Assembly: GCF_006345805.1 (NCBI RefSeq)
Contig: NC_042997.1
Coordinates: 117,800,001-117,864,000 of the forward strand
Direction of reading: 5' to 3'
Length of the DNA: 64,000 nucleotides
DNA from: Octopus sinensis
Lineage: Eukaryota
Shown here: positions 48,585-60,349 of the stretch, one piece after another
Numbering within the stretch: position 1 is the stretch's first letter
Layout: every line of letters begins with the position of its first letter
Notes under the pieces: model-generated
Database searches by the model: none
What the model saw: only the letters and a program-made list of their open reading frames with translations
What the model was told of the DNA's origin: nothing
Translations under genes and position numbers: made by a program

Positions 48585-49655
48585 TGTGTGGTCCCACCCA
48601 CATGGTTCTGGGTACAGTCCCACTTCATGGGCCATATTGGACAAGTGTCTTCTACTATATCTTTGGGCCAACCAAAGCCTTGTGTATGGATTTAGTAGAT
48701 GGAAACTGAAAGAAGCCTGTCATATATATTTGTATGTGTGTGTGTCCCCTATCATTGCTTGACTACCATTGTTTGTGGGTTTACATCCTCATAACTTAGC
48801 AGTTTAGCAAAGAGGCTGGTAGAATAAGTACTAGAACTTAAAAAACAAGTCCTGTGGTCAAGTTATCTGACAAACACTTCAAGGTGGTGCTCCAGCCTGG
48901 CCACAGTCAAATGACTGAAACAAATAAAAGAATGGCTGTGTGGTAAGAAGCTTGCTTCCCAACCACATGGTTTCTGAGTTCAGTCCCACTGCATGGCACC
49001 TTGGGCAAGTGTCTTCAAGTATAGCCTTGTGAGTGGATTTAGTAGATGGAAACTGAAAGAAGCCCATCATATATATATGTATGTATTTGTGTGTCTGTGT
49101 TTGTCCCCACCACCATCGTTTGACAACCAATGTTGGTGTGTTTCTGTCCCTGTAACTCAATGGTTCAGCAAAAGAGACCAATAAGTCCTGGGGTTGATTT
49201 GTTTGACTAAAGGCAGTGCTCCAGTGTGGCCTGAATCGAATAACTGAAGCAAGTAAAAGAATAAGAGAAAAAATACTTGTGTGGTTTTGTGGTAAGTAGC
49301 TTGCTTACCAACTACATGGTTCCGGGTTCAGTCCCACTGCATGGCACCTTGGGCAAGTGTCTTCTACTATAGCCTCGGGCTGATCAAAGCCTTGTGAGTG
49401 GATTTGGTAGATGGAAACTGAAAGAATCCCATTGTATATATACATATATGTATGTGTATATGTTTTTCCCCCCTCCATCACTTGACAACCAATGCTGGTG
49501 TGTTTATGTCCCCGTAACTTAGAGCTTCGACAAAGAGAAACCGATAGAAGAAGTTCTAGGCTTACAAAGAATAAGTCCTGGGGTCGAATTGTCCGACTAA
49601 AGGCAGTGCTCCAGAATGGCCACAGTCAAATGACTGAAACAAATAAAAGAATAAA
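48585..49655 (+). mobile_element. Three tandem SINE family A copies (about 48585-48930, 48932-49262, 49285-49655)
   Basis: Repeated head-body-tail modules in the same orientation; another copy lies at 50628-50925. Confidence 0.85.
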
Positions 49656-50207
49656 TGAAAGGTATGTGTATTTATGTACATATAAATGATATAGGTGTGG
49701 TGGTAATGCTAGCTCATGCGTGTATAATTTTTTTTTCTTTTCTTTCTCAATGTCAACCTCTCCTCCTGTACAAGACATTGCACTCTGTCTTCCTCATAAA
49801 TGCCTGGGTGTACTATTATCCACTGTTGAGTGTCTAAAAATCATTTCAGCTTTGACAATGTTATTTAGTGTAAAGAACAAAAGTAAAGTAATGCAGTACA
49901 GGCACGTTTATTTTAAACTCAGATCTCCACCTCCTAACACGTTGTTATCTGTTTGTGAAATAAAATCACTTCTGCATTTTACACTTGGCTTCATTGTTAA
50001 GGCCAGCTGCAAGTGGAGGCACAATGGTGAAGTACACGAATTCACAATAACATATGACCTTTATTACAATTATATATTATGTCCAAAAGTCTGCAATAAT
50101 TTAACTGTTATGAGATGTATGTATATATATCTATGCATGTACATAGATTCACTCACATACTTATCGATATAAGTATATGTATATGTGTGTGCAGAGAGTA
50201 ATAAAGT

Positions 50208-50560
50208 GGAGGCGCAATGGCCCTGTGGTTAGGGCAGCGGACTCACAGTTGGAGGATCGAGGTTTCGATTCCCAGACCAGGCGTTGTGTGTGTTTATTGA
50301 GCGAAAACACCTAAAAGCTCCATGAGGCTCTGGCAGGGGATGGTGGCAACCCCTGTTGTACTCTTTCACTCCAACTTTCTCTCACTCATTTCCTGTTTCT
50401 TGTCCTTGACTTCCTACGCAACTGCTGAGCCAGAGTGTGCAATCATCCATCCATCGATGCTCTCGGTGTCGGGGGTTGACCTGCCTTCTCTTCTGCGGGT
50501 CTTACGAATAGCAAAGGACCAGGTTTCGGACTTCCACTGGATGAAGACCGCTACGCTCAA
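50208..50560 (+). mobile_element. tRNA-derived SINE, a third family (single copy in window)
   Basis: Head GGCGCAATGGCCCTGTGGTTAGGGCAGCGGACTCAC...GGTTTCGATTCCCAGACC has A- and B-box-like motifs but continues into a non-tRNA body. Confidence 0.7.
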
Positions 50561-52430
50561 CAGCAATAGCAACAGACCAGCTGCAATTGGCTTACTTTAT
50601 TTATGAGATAGTAGCAAAAGGTTGCCAGGCACAGGCATGACTGTGTGATAAGAAACTTATTTCCTAACCACATGGTTCCAGGTTCCATCCCCCTGTGTGA
50701 CACCTTGGCCAAGTATCTTCTTCAGCCTCAGGCCAACCAAAGCCTTGTGAGTGGATTTGGTAGATGGAAACTGAAAGAAGTCTTTGTGTCTGTGTTTGTC
50801 CCCCACCACCCTGTGACAACATGTTGGTGTGTTTACGTACCTGGAACTTAGCAGCTCAGCAAAACAATTGATAAAATAAGTCCTGGAGTTGATTTGTTTG
50901 ACTAAAACCCTTAAGGGGCAGTGCCATAAGTAAAAGGTAGGTGGGACTGAACCAGGAACCATATGGTTGGTAAGCAAGCTACTTACCCCACAGCCACACC
51001 TACACACACAAGTATTTTTTTCTCTTATTCTTTTACTTGTTTCAGTCATTCGATTCTGGCTACGCTGGAACACTGCTTTTAGTCACATCATTTAACATCT
51101 TTTTCTCCGTGCTGGCAATGGGTTGGACAGTTTGACCAGAGCCACACTAGGTTCTATTGACTGTTTAAGCATGGCTTCTACAGCTTGATGCCCAGAAATG
51201 TGGCAGGGTGGGGGTAAGATTGATAGTGCAGAGCCCCTCAAGGACAAGCATTAACCAAGGTGGTTTTAGGCTATCACTTTTGCTGTGGTGAGCGGGTCTT
51301 CTTTAGTACATCAAGGTGCCCGGTATCTTGGTCCCTTGTCATCTCCTTCATATTCTAATATCATATTTATGTTCAAGTACCATCGCCTTTGAAATTCTTG
51401 TGAATTTCACAGTAATGCCAGCATATCTCGAAGGTCACAAAAGCACTGCAGAAGTCCTTGTGGAGTGCCATCCAATATTACCTGCCATTCCATGTTCAAG
51501 TTTTTATTTCATCGTCACATCCATGATTCCAAATTATGATACATTGTGATTGGTTTACATCCTGTTTATATTTTTTGTTTTTCTGAGCAGTTATCTTAGT
51601 TTATCCATTAATAAGTCTTCTTTTACATTTACCAGCATTCACAACCAAGACAATCAGCTTCTTTACTTTTTGTTTTGATTAGTCTGCACACATATACACA
51701 CACACACACATTCATGTCCACCTGACTGGCTCCCATGCCTAGTGGAGCCTAGTGCAGCCTTCTGGCTTGCTAGCCCTCAGTCAAACCATCCAACCCATGC
51801 TAGCATGGAAAGCGGACGTTTAACGATGACGATGCTGATGATGATACATACATATCCAAAAGTATCTTTTGTCTTTCATCTCTTACTTGTTTCAGTCATT
51901 AAACTGTGGCCATGCTGGAGCACCGCCTTGCGGAATTTCAGTCAAATTAACCCCACTATTTTTTTTTGTTTTTTTTAAAACCTGGTACTTATTATTATTT
52001 TTTTGGTCTCTTTTGCTGAACCACTAAGTTATAGGAACATAATATCCTAATAAAGTAACATAGTTAAGTCAGGTATATTGAGAAGGAGTGGCACCACTGC
52101 TGTTTTTGTCTTTGTTTAAAAATCACATCATTTGATGCAAGTGTTGGTGAATGTGATGATGTCCTGATGCAACAGCCAGTTGCAGATGCCCAGCAGTCCT
52201 CTTTTCCCTCACATGTACTCTGAAGTCCCTCAGAGCACAATAGTAAAAGTTAGAATTCATCTTATTACTGAAAAGAATTTCTAGGTGTTCATGATACTAG
52301 GAAAGCAACAAGCTTGCTTTTTATTTCACACCAGACCCTGTCGTGCTGTCTTTGACGGTTAGGGTATTCAGCTCATTAATCCGAATCCTAGTGGCATGTT
52401 ATGTCCTTGAGCAAGACACTTCATTTCTTG

Positions 52431-52733
52431 AAGTGATAGTATGTTATCAACTTAATGTGACAGTCCCATGAAAGGAAAGAATACTACTGTTATTTAGCCC
52501 TAGGAAGCACCGTTTCCTGTTGGACTTGACACATTTCCTATGTCCTTATGTTTTCAAAGTGGAGACAAGCACCTCCACCCAGCAAAGCCAGCTTCCAGAG
52601 TCATTGCTCATCAACATTGGGACACAGGAAATGTGTCAAGTCCAACAGGAAACAGTGTTTCCTAGGCTAAAGAACAGTAGCATTCTTCCCTTTCATGGGA
52701 CGGTCACATTAAGTTGACAGCATACCATCACTT
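52431..52733. repeat. Long inverted repeat (arms of about 115 bp, 74-bp spacer)
   Basis: 52431-52545 is the reverse complement of 52620-52733 with scattered mismatches. Confidence 0.9.
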
Positions 52734-54896
52734 TATCGTGCTGCTACTGCATAAATCTCTCAAAGAGATTTAGAAATGTATTATTTCTACTTCATTTCTT
52801 GTTTCTCCTGTCCACTCTGCTGGCTAAAGTGAGCAGTGCCTGTAAATCAAAGGGTCGGCCTTGTCACACTGAAAAAGAATCTTGCCTAGGTTCAGGTATA
52901 TATGTGCAGATGCATGATCACTATTGACCTCCAAAACGTCAGGAGACAAATTTCACAACAATCATCATCATCATTTAACATACATTTTCCATGCTGGCAT
53001 GGGTTGGACGGGTTGACAGGGACTGGAAAGCCATAGGGCTGTGCCAGGCACAAATTGTCTGTTCTGGCATCGTTTCTATAACTGGATGCTCTTCTCAACT
53101 TTAACCACTTTACTGAGTGCATGAGAGGTTTTTTTTTTTTATGTGGCACTGGCTTGGGTGTTTTTTATGTGACACCACAGTACTCATGGGATCACCAAGT
53201 CGCTTGCACGGCAAGGACATCTAAGCTGGGAGAAGGAAAGGAACCGAGAGAAGTGGCCAGTGCCAGGCAAGAGGTTAGAGTATGTTAGAAGGTCAAGAAT
53301 AGCTGTCTTACTTCAGAGTAGATACTTGGCTACCCCAGTAGAACAAGGAAGCAGTGAGAGAGAGAGAAAGAAAGAAAGATAGAGACAGTCAATGCAATGT
53401 AAATTCAAGTTTTTAATAAGAATTTCTCAACAAACTCCAATCAAGTGAGAGAGCTGATGGATTGCTTAGCAATGGTCCTCATAGATGTGGTTTCAAATGT
53501 TTTCCTTAATAAATCATTTTGAAGGTTTTGGTTGTTAGATTTGCCAAACATGGTGCAAAGTTTAATGTCGGCAGGTTGCTTGGATTTGTCAGCCATTGAA
53601 TAGATTGCATGGAGGTGTATGTGTGGTATAGTGGTTAGGGTGTTGTACTCACAATTGCTACATCATCATTATCATTTGACGTCCGTTTTCCATGCTGGCA
53701 TGGGTTGGTCAGTTTGACAGGTGCTGGCTAGTCAGAGCACTATACCAGTTTTCACTGTCTTGGCATGGTTTCTACAGCTGGACGCCCTTCCTAATGCCAA
53801 CAACCTTACAGAGTGAACTGAGTGCTTTTTACATGGCCCCAGTACCGGCAAGGTCTGTTTTGGCATGGTTTTTTGCCACTGGGTGCCCTTCCTAATGCCA
53901 TCCCCTTTACAGAGTGGCCTGGGTGCTTTTTACATGGTATCCTGGACCGAGCAGTACACTGTGTTCTTGAGCAAAACTCTTCATTTCATTTTAGCCCAGT
54001 CCACTCAGCTGAAAATGGGTAACACCCTGCAACAGACTATCCTTCTGATTGGGGTAATGTTGGCTTGCTCACCTAGCTCCTGGGATGGCATCATTCGAAA
54101 GCTAAAACGATGCAAAGCACCTTGTGCGCAATGTATAACAACATCTGGTTGGTCACAGGATCGAGATTGCTGATCAATTCTAACACAACATTACAGAACC
54201 TGTAATAACTGGACACTAATTGATGGCTGGAAGTGTATTAGTAGGCTGACTACCATTGATGATCAGCTGTCCATGCATTTTCATTGAGCAGAGTAACCAT
54301 TGTTGATGCAGTGTACTGGCAGCGGAATTATTAGCGTTATTGCTACATATAACTAGCCATTGTTATGACTTGCAAAAGAGAGAGAGAGAGACAGACAGAC
54401 AGAGTGGCCAGAGTTTAATTAAAGAAGAAAAGAAACAAATAAGTTTATTTGGCTTTTTCAATTGCTAGGCATTCTTCCTTTCTTCTTTTCTCTTTCTCTC
54501 TGTCTGTTTCTCTCTGTCTCTTTTCACACATATATATTTGGCAAAAGAGATAAATAGAACAAGTACCAGACTTATTAAATATAAGTACAGGGGTAGATTT
54601 GTTCCACTAAACCCTTCAAGGCAATACCCTTACACAGCCACTGTCCAATGACTGAAATCAGTATACACACACATATACAAACATACATATATATATATTC
54701 TTTTCTACTCTCAGCACAGGGCCTGAAATTTTGGCGGGAGGAGCCAGTCAATTAGATCAACTCCAGTATGCAACTGGTACTTAATTTATTGACCCCGAAA
54801 GGATGAAAGGCAAAGTTGACCTTGGTGGAATTTGAACTCAGAATGTAAAAACAGATGGAATGCTGCCAAGTATTTCAACATTTCTACCAACTTGCC

Positions 54897-54932
<36 letters not shown>

Positions 54933-55422
54933 TTAATTGCTGGTAGGGACACCATATTTCGTTTTGCTACAAAGTATATCAGAAGTTTTATAAGTCAGTA
55001 CTGTATCCTTTTTGTGTTAGCATTACAATTCAGTCACTTTTGAGCTATCTCTGTAGTGTATGTGCATATTTCAGTTCTTGTTCCTCCTTCAGCACCACAT
55101 CCAACCCATCAGCTATCCAAGAACACATTGCTTAAACAACCACTAAGTTTAGCGGTGTAATACTATTGGAGCTACCAATTTACATATCAAACACATTCCT
55201 GGTGCATACATATTTAATTGCTTATAGGAACACAGTATTTCATTTTGCAACCACACTATACTACTGAGTATATTAAAGGTTTTATAAATCCTACATTTTT
55301 GCGTTAGCAATGAGGTCCAATCACTTTCAAGCTATCTTTACAGTTTTGCTTTAGAATTTAGAGCCAGCACTGAAAGTTACAAGTATGTCTATGTAAACAA
55401 TGCAATCAAAGATAGATACTGA

Positions 55423-55468
55423 GTGTATATACATATTTCAGGAGTTGTTGCTCCTTCATCAGTACCAC
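55423..55468 (-). ncRNA. Minimal type I hammerhead-ribozyme motif with intact core
   Basis: GTGGTA-CUGAUGA-AGGAG(CAACAA)CUCCU-GAAA-UAUG-UA-UAUACAC: all conserved core nucleotides, 5-bp stem II, near-palindromic stem III and stem I with one bulge. Confidence 0.65.
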
Positions 55469-56324
55469 ATCCAACCCATAGGCCATCATGGAATGCACAC
55501 ATACATATAATGAAAATGAGCAAAAAGATAGCTCAGTGGCCAGTCACATGTATTTGAGCAAGAAAATTAATAAAGGTACATTAAATACCATACAGCATAA
55601 ATTAACAGACATAATGCTTAGCAGCTTTTCTTCTAGTTCTTTATGTTTTGGTTTCAAATCTTATCAAGGTCATCTTTGTTTTTCATCATGAGTCTGTAAA
55701 CTGAAGTACCAATCAAGTACCGAGGTTGATGTACTCAACTGGTTCTCTTCCACTCAAAATTGCCAGACATGGACCATACAATGGGCTGGTGTCCAGTTCT
55801 GGAGGATTGTTGTGATCTCAGTCACTAAATTGATATAACTAGATCTCAAAAAGTATTACTTATTATATATTGATCAATCATTTTTTATACTTTTTGAGAT
55901 CTAGTTATATGTTTTATAAAAATATATATTATTTGTTATTTATGTTTTGGTTTATGTCTATCACTGTCTGAGTTGCATAATAGTGGTTTTATCTCTAATT
56001 TATATTTTATATAGTTATACCGTGAAATTTGATTTAATACTAAATTGAATTTTTCCTTGTAAGTTTGGAGTTATACTCCCTTATATTATATATATATATA
56101 TAAATGTATGTGTACGTCTGTGTTTGTCCACCCACCATCGCTTGACAACCGATGTTGGTGTGTTTACGTCCCCGTAAATTAGCAGCTTGGCAAAAGAAAC
56201 CAATAGAATAAGTAATAGGCTTACAAAAAATAAGTCCTGGGGTCGATTTGTTCGACTAAAGTCGGTGCTCCAGCATGGCCACAGTCAAATGACTGAAACA
56301 AACAAACAAATAAAAGAACACAGT

Positions 56325-56505
56325 TCTATATTTAAGAGATGAGGAATTTTGTACATTGTTTACCTTTGATGGATATTTGTCCTCATCTTGTTTAGTGTTA
56401 ACACAATGTTTTGGCTGATATACCCTCCAGCCTTCATCAGGTGTCTTGGGGAAATTTCGAACCTGGGTTCTCATTCCTAAGGTATTTTCCAATGTTATTA
56501 TTATT
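56325..56505 (-). mobile_element. Penelope-like terminal fragment with degenerate hammerhead motif
   Basis: GACAC-CTGATGA-A-GGCTG(GAGGGTATAT)CAGCC-AAAACATT-GTGTT at 56445-56400. A partial inverted copy lies at 56933-57004. Confidence 0.5.
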
Positions 56506-56545
56506 ATTAACAAGAGAATCTGTCATATATATATATATATATATA

Positions 56546-56929
56546 CTAGCAGTATCGCCTGGCGTTGCTCAGGTTTGTAAGGGAAATAACTATAAAGCAT
56601 TTTTAGAGAGTTATAGCCAAAAAACAGCCAAAAAATGGAAAAAAATGATGGTAAATTTTTTTGAGAGTAAAAAAAGGTGGAGTTGCGTCCCCTAGACAGT
56701 TTGCGGTTTGTGTTTCTGATTCTCGACCCCATGTCGAATTTATCGATTTTTTTTCAGAACTGGGGGAACTTTTCAAAATTTTCGCTGCGTTAGTTTTGAA
56801 TTATGACATTGGGCTATGTGTGTGTCAAGTTTCATCAGAATCGGTTGAAAGCCGTGGTCAGGGTGAGGGTACAAGCAAACAGACACACAGAAACACGCAC
56901 AGACAAACTGCCGTTTATATAGAGAGAGA
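56546..56929 (-). mobile_element. Complete non-autonomous Helitron (384 bp)
   Basis: Minus strand reads A|TCTCTCTCTATATAAA ... CCTGAGCAACGCCAGGCGATACTG-CTAG|T: 5' TC, subterminal hairpin, 3' CTAG and an A/T insertion site. Confidence 0.88.
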
Positions 56930-57005
56930 TAAGGAGGGTATATCAGCTGGAACGTTGTGTTAACAACAAAGAAGATGAGGGCCAATATCCATCAAATGTA
57001 AATAA

Positions 57006-57374
57006 TCTCTCTCTATATATAAAGCTGAAGTTGTCTGTGTATGGCATGTTTGGTAGCCTTCAACTAACACTATCTCCTCCTAGACCCTGCGGCGCAAGTT
57101 GACCAAAATTGAGAGTATGATACAAGAAGGCTTGCTCTTCCTTCCATAGAAGAAAAACTTCAAATCGGACCATGTTAACACTAAAAATTATTTACATCAA
57201 AAAGGTGCTTTTTTTCTATAAACATCCATATTTTTTACAATTTTTTTACTGCTGTGTCGCCATTTTTCGGTGTATTTCAACCAGAAAAATGTACACTTAA
57301 AGAGAATAACAAACTACATAATGCAAAATTTTTACTTTTCAAAAATTCCAATTCTAAAGGGTCGAAACAAACCC
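57006..57374 (+). mobile_element. Non-autonomous Helitron, second family, lacking its 3' hairpin and CTAG
   Basis: A|TCTCTCTCTATATATAAAG start; the body is the reverse complement of 17570-17888. Confidence 0.8.
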
Positions 57375-58405
57375 TTTAGAATAAAAGAATATAAAAACAT
57401 ATTAACATAACACAAACACACATATACAACAGATTACTTTCAGTTTCCGTCTACCAAATTCACTCACAAAGCTTAGGTCAAACAAGGGCAAAAGTAGAAG
57501 AATTGCCTGAGGTGCTACACAATAGGAGTAAACCCAGTACTATGTGGTTGGGGAGCAAACTTCTTAACCATACAGCCAAGCCTGCACCTATGTATGTTTT
57601 TAAATTCCTGTTCTTGTAAAGTTTTTTGTATTTATTCATGTGTGTACGTGAGTGAAAGGAACTGTGTATATATTATATACTTCCTGAGACTAGTAAAAAC
57701 ATAAGCCTTCCTCATTCCTTCTTCTCATTGGCAGTTAATAATTCCTTTTTGTCTAAAGATTCTGTTTTTTTGGTTTTTGTCTAAATATCCTGTTTTAAAG
57801 AACATCACTTTCAGTTTTTTCTTTTTCTTTCTATTTTTTTTTTTTTGTTATTTTGTTTTAATGCTGAAAAAATGTGTAAGAAAATTTCGGGGTCGTTTTT
57901 GTTTTTTTAAACATCTCATGAAAGAATCCTCAACTTTTTGAAGAAGTTTTATTTTTTTTTTTTTCCCAACTTTCCAGAGATAAAAAATATCTACAAATAT
58001 AATTTGCTGTCCAACCCATGGAAGATGAACGTTAAAAGATGATGATTAAAGTATCTATATATAAACACACACAAGACCACAACCATGCTAAACACAAATT
58101 TTTTGGAGGTGTTTTTATTCTTCCTTATTCTCCAACCATTATCTTGGTGTAACATTTCTGAAAAGTACATGTCTCTTTTAGTACAAGAATAGCTCCATTG
58201 TTCTGCTGTTATTCCTGATAATATTTTCTTTCACTTTTATTTCAAACTCCAAAGCTGATATTTGCTCTAATCTTTAAAACTAGAAATAGAAGGATTTTTC
58301 CGTATATAAATTTCTTAGTTGAGAAAACTGTTGAAATACAGCATCCATGGTCTACATATCCTGGAGAGACAGATCTGCTAACCTGATTATATTATTAGTC
58401 TACAT

Positions 58406-58565
58406 CAGTGGTTCCCAAACTTTTTCGGGGTTCTGCCCCTTTGACACCCAGGTCACATTCCTAGTGCCCCACCCCAACTAACCACACAAACATAGACCTC
58501 TTTCTGAAGCAAATTCAAAGCAACTACATTTGACAAATAAATCCTAATGAGCCCATTATTTTGTT
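58406..58565 (+). mobile_element. Left end of a hAT (Charlie-like) element
   Basis: CAGTGGTTCCCAAACTTTTT terminus preceded by GTCTACAT, which resembles the nTCTAGAn target preference. No right terminus found. Confidence 0.6.
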
Positions 58566-58566
58566 G

Positions 58567-60349
58567 TTTTTACATGAATCGCTACCCCATTATCACCCCA
58601 CATTTTACATGAATTGATACTCCATTATCGTCCCACTTTTTACATGAATCACTACCCCATTATCGCCCCACTTTTTACATGAACCACTATCCCATAATCA
58701 CCCCACTTTTTACATAAATCACTACCCCATTATCGCCCCACTTTTTTAATGAATCGCTACCCCATTATCACCCCACTTTTTACATAAATCACTACCCCAT
58801 TATTGCCCCACTTTTTACATGAATTGCTACCCCATTATCACCCCACTTTTTACATGAATCACTACCACATTATCACCCCACTTTTTACATGAATCGCTAC
58901 CCCATTATCGCCCCACTTTTTACATGAATCACTACCCCATTATCGCCCCACTTTTTACATAAATCACTACCCCATTATCACCCCACTTTTTACATGAATC
59001 CTTACCCCATTATCGCCCCACTTTTTACATGAATTGCTACCCCATTATCACCTCACTTTTTACATGAATCGCTACCCCATTATCATCCCACTTTTTACAT
59101 GAATTGCTACCCCATAATCGCCCCACTTTTTACATGAATTGCTACCCAATTATCACCCCACTTTTTACATGAGTTGCTACCCCATTATTACCCCACTTTT
59201 TACATGAATTGCTACCCCATAATTGCCCCACTTTTTACATGAATAGCTACCCCATAATCGCCCCACTTTTTACATAAATCACTACCCCATTATCACCCCA
59301 CTTTTTACATGAATCCTTGCCCCATTATCGCCCCACTTTTTTCATGAATCGCTACCCCATTATCACCCCACTTTTTACATAAATCACTACCCCATTATCG
59401 CCCCACTTTTTACATGAATCGCTACCCCATTATCGCCCCACTTTTTACATGAATCGCTACCCCATTATCACCCCACTTTTTACATGAATCACTACCCCAT
59501 TATCACCCCACTTTTTACATGAATCGCTACCCCATAATCGCCCCACTTTTTACATGAATTGCTACCCCATAATCGTCCCACTTTTTACATGAATAGCTAC
59601 CCCATAATCGCCCCACTTTTTACATAAATCACTACCCCATTATCACCCCACTTTTTACATGAATCCTTGCCCCATTATCGCCCCACTTTTTACATGAATC
59701 CTTACCCCATTATCACCCCACTTTTTACATAAATCACTACCCCATTATCACCCCACTTTTTACATGAATCACTACCCCATTATCACCCCACTTTTTACAT
59801 GAATCACTACCCCATTATCACCCCACTTTTTACATAAATCACTACCCCATTATCGCCCCACTTTTTACATGAATTGCTACCCCATTATCGCCCCACTTTT
59901 TACATGAATCACGACCTCATTATCACCCCATTTTTTACATGAATCCTTACCCCATAATCGCCCCACTTTTTACATGAATCACTACCCCATTATCACCCCA
60001 CTTTTTACATGAATCACTACCCCATTATCACCCCACTTTTTACATGAATTGCTACCCCATTATCACCTCACTTTCTACATGAATCGCTACCCCATTATCA
60101 CCCCACTTTTTACATGAATCGCTACCCCATAATCGCCCCACTTTTTACATGAATTGCTACCCCATAATCGCCCCACATTTTACATAAATCACTACCCCAT
60201 TATCACCCCACTTTTTACAAGAATTGCTAACCCATTATCACCGCACTTTTTACATGAATTGCTACCCCATAATCGCCCCACTTTTTACATGAATTGCTAC
60301 CCCATTATCGCCCCACTTTTTACATGAATCACTACCTCATTATCGCCCA
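58567..60349. repeat. 35-bp tandem satellite, about 51 copies
   Basis: Unit CTTTTTACATGAATCGCTACCCCATTATCGCCCCA with an exact 35-bp period and no unique spacers. Confidence 0.97.

Noticed and set aside
49720-50172. 150-aa ORF
   Set aside because: Starts in a polypyrimidine tract and ends in TA/TG repeats; no motif and no phase link to other candidate exons.
50211-50285. tRNA gene (and similar heads at 25846, 28054 and others)
   Set aside because: A/B boxes are present but there is no complete cloverleaf, and each continues into a repeat body; these are SINE heads.
58567-60349. Regular 35-bp repeats as a CRISPR array
   Set aside because: Head-to-tail tandem units with no unique spacers, no cas genes, and a eukaryotic context.
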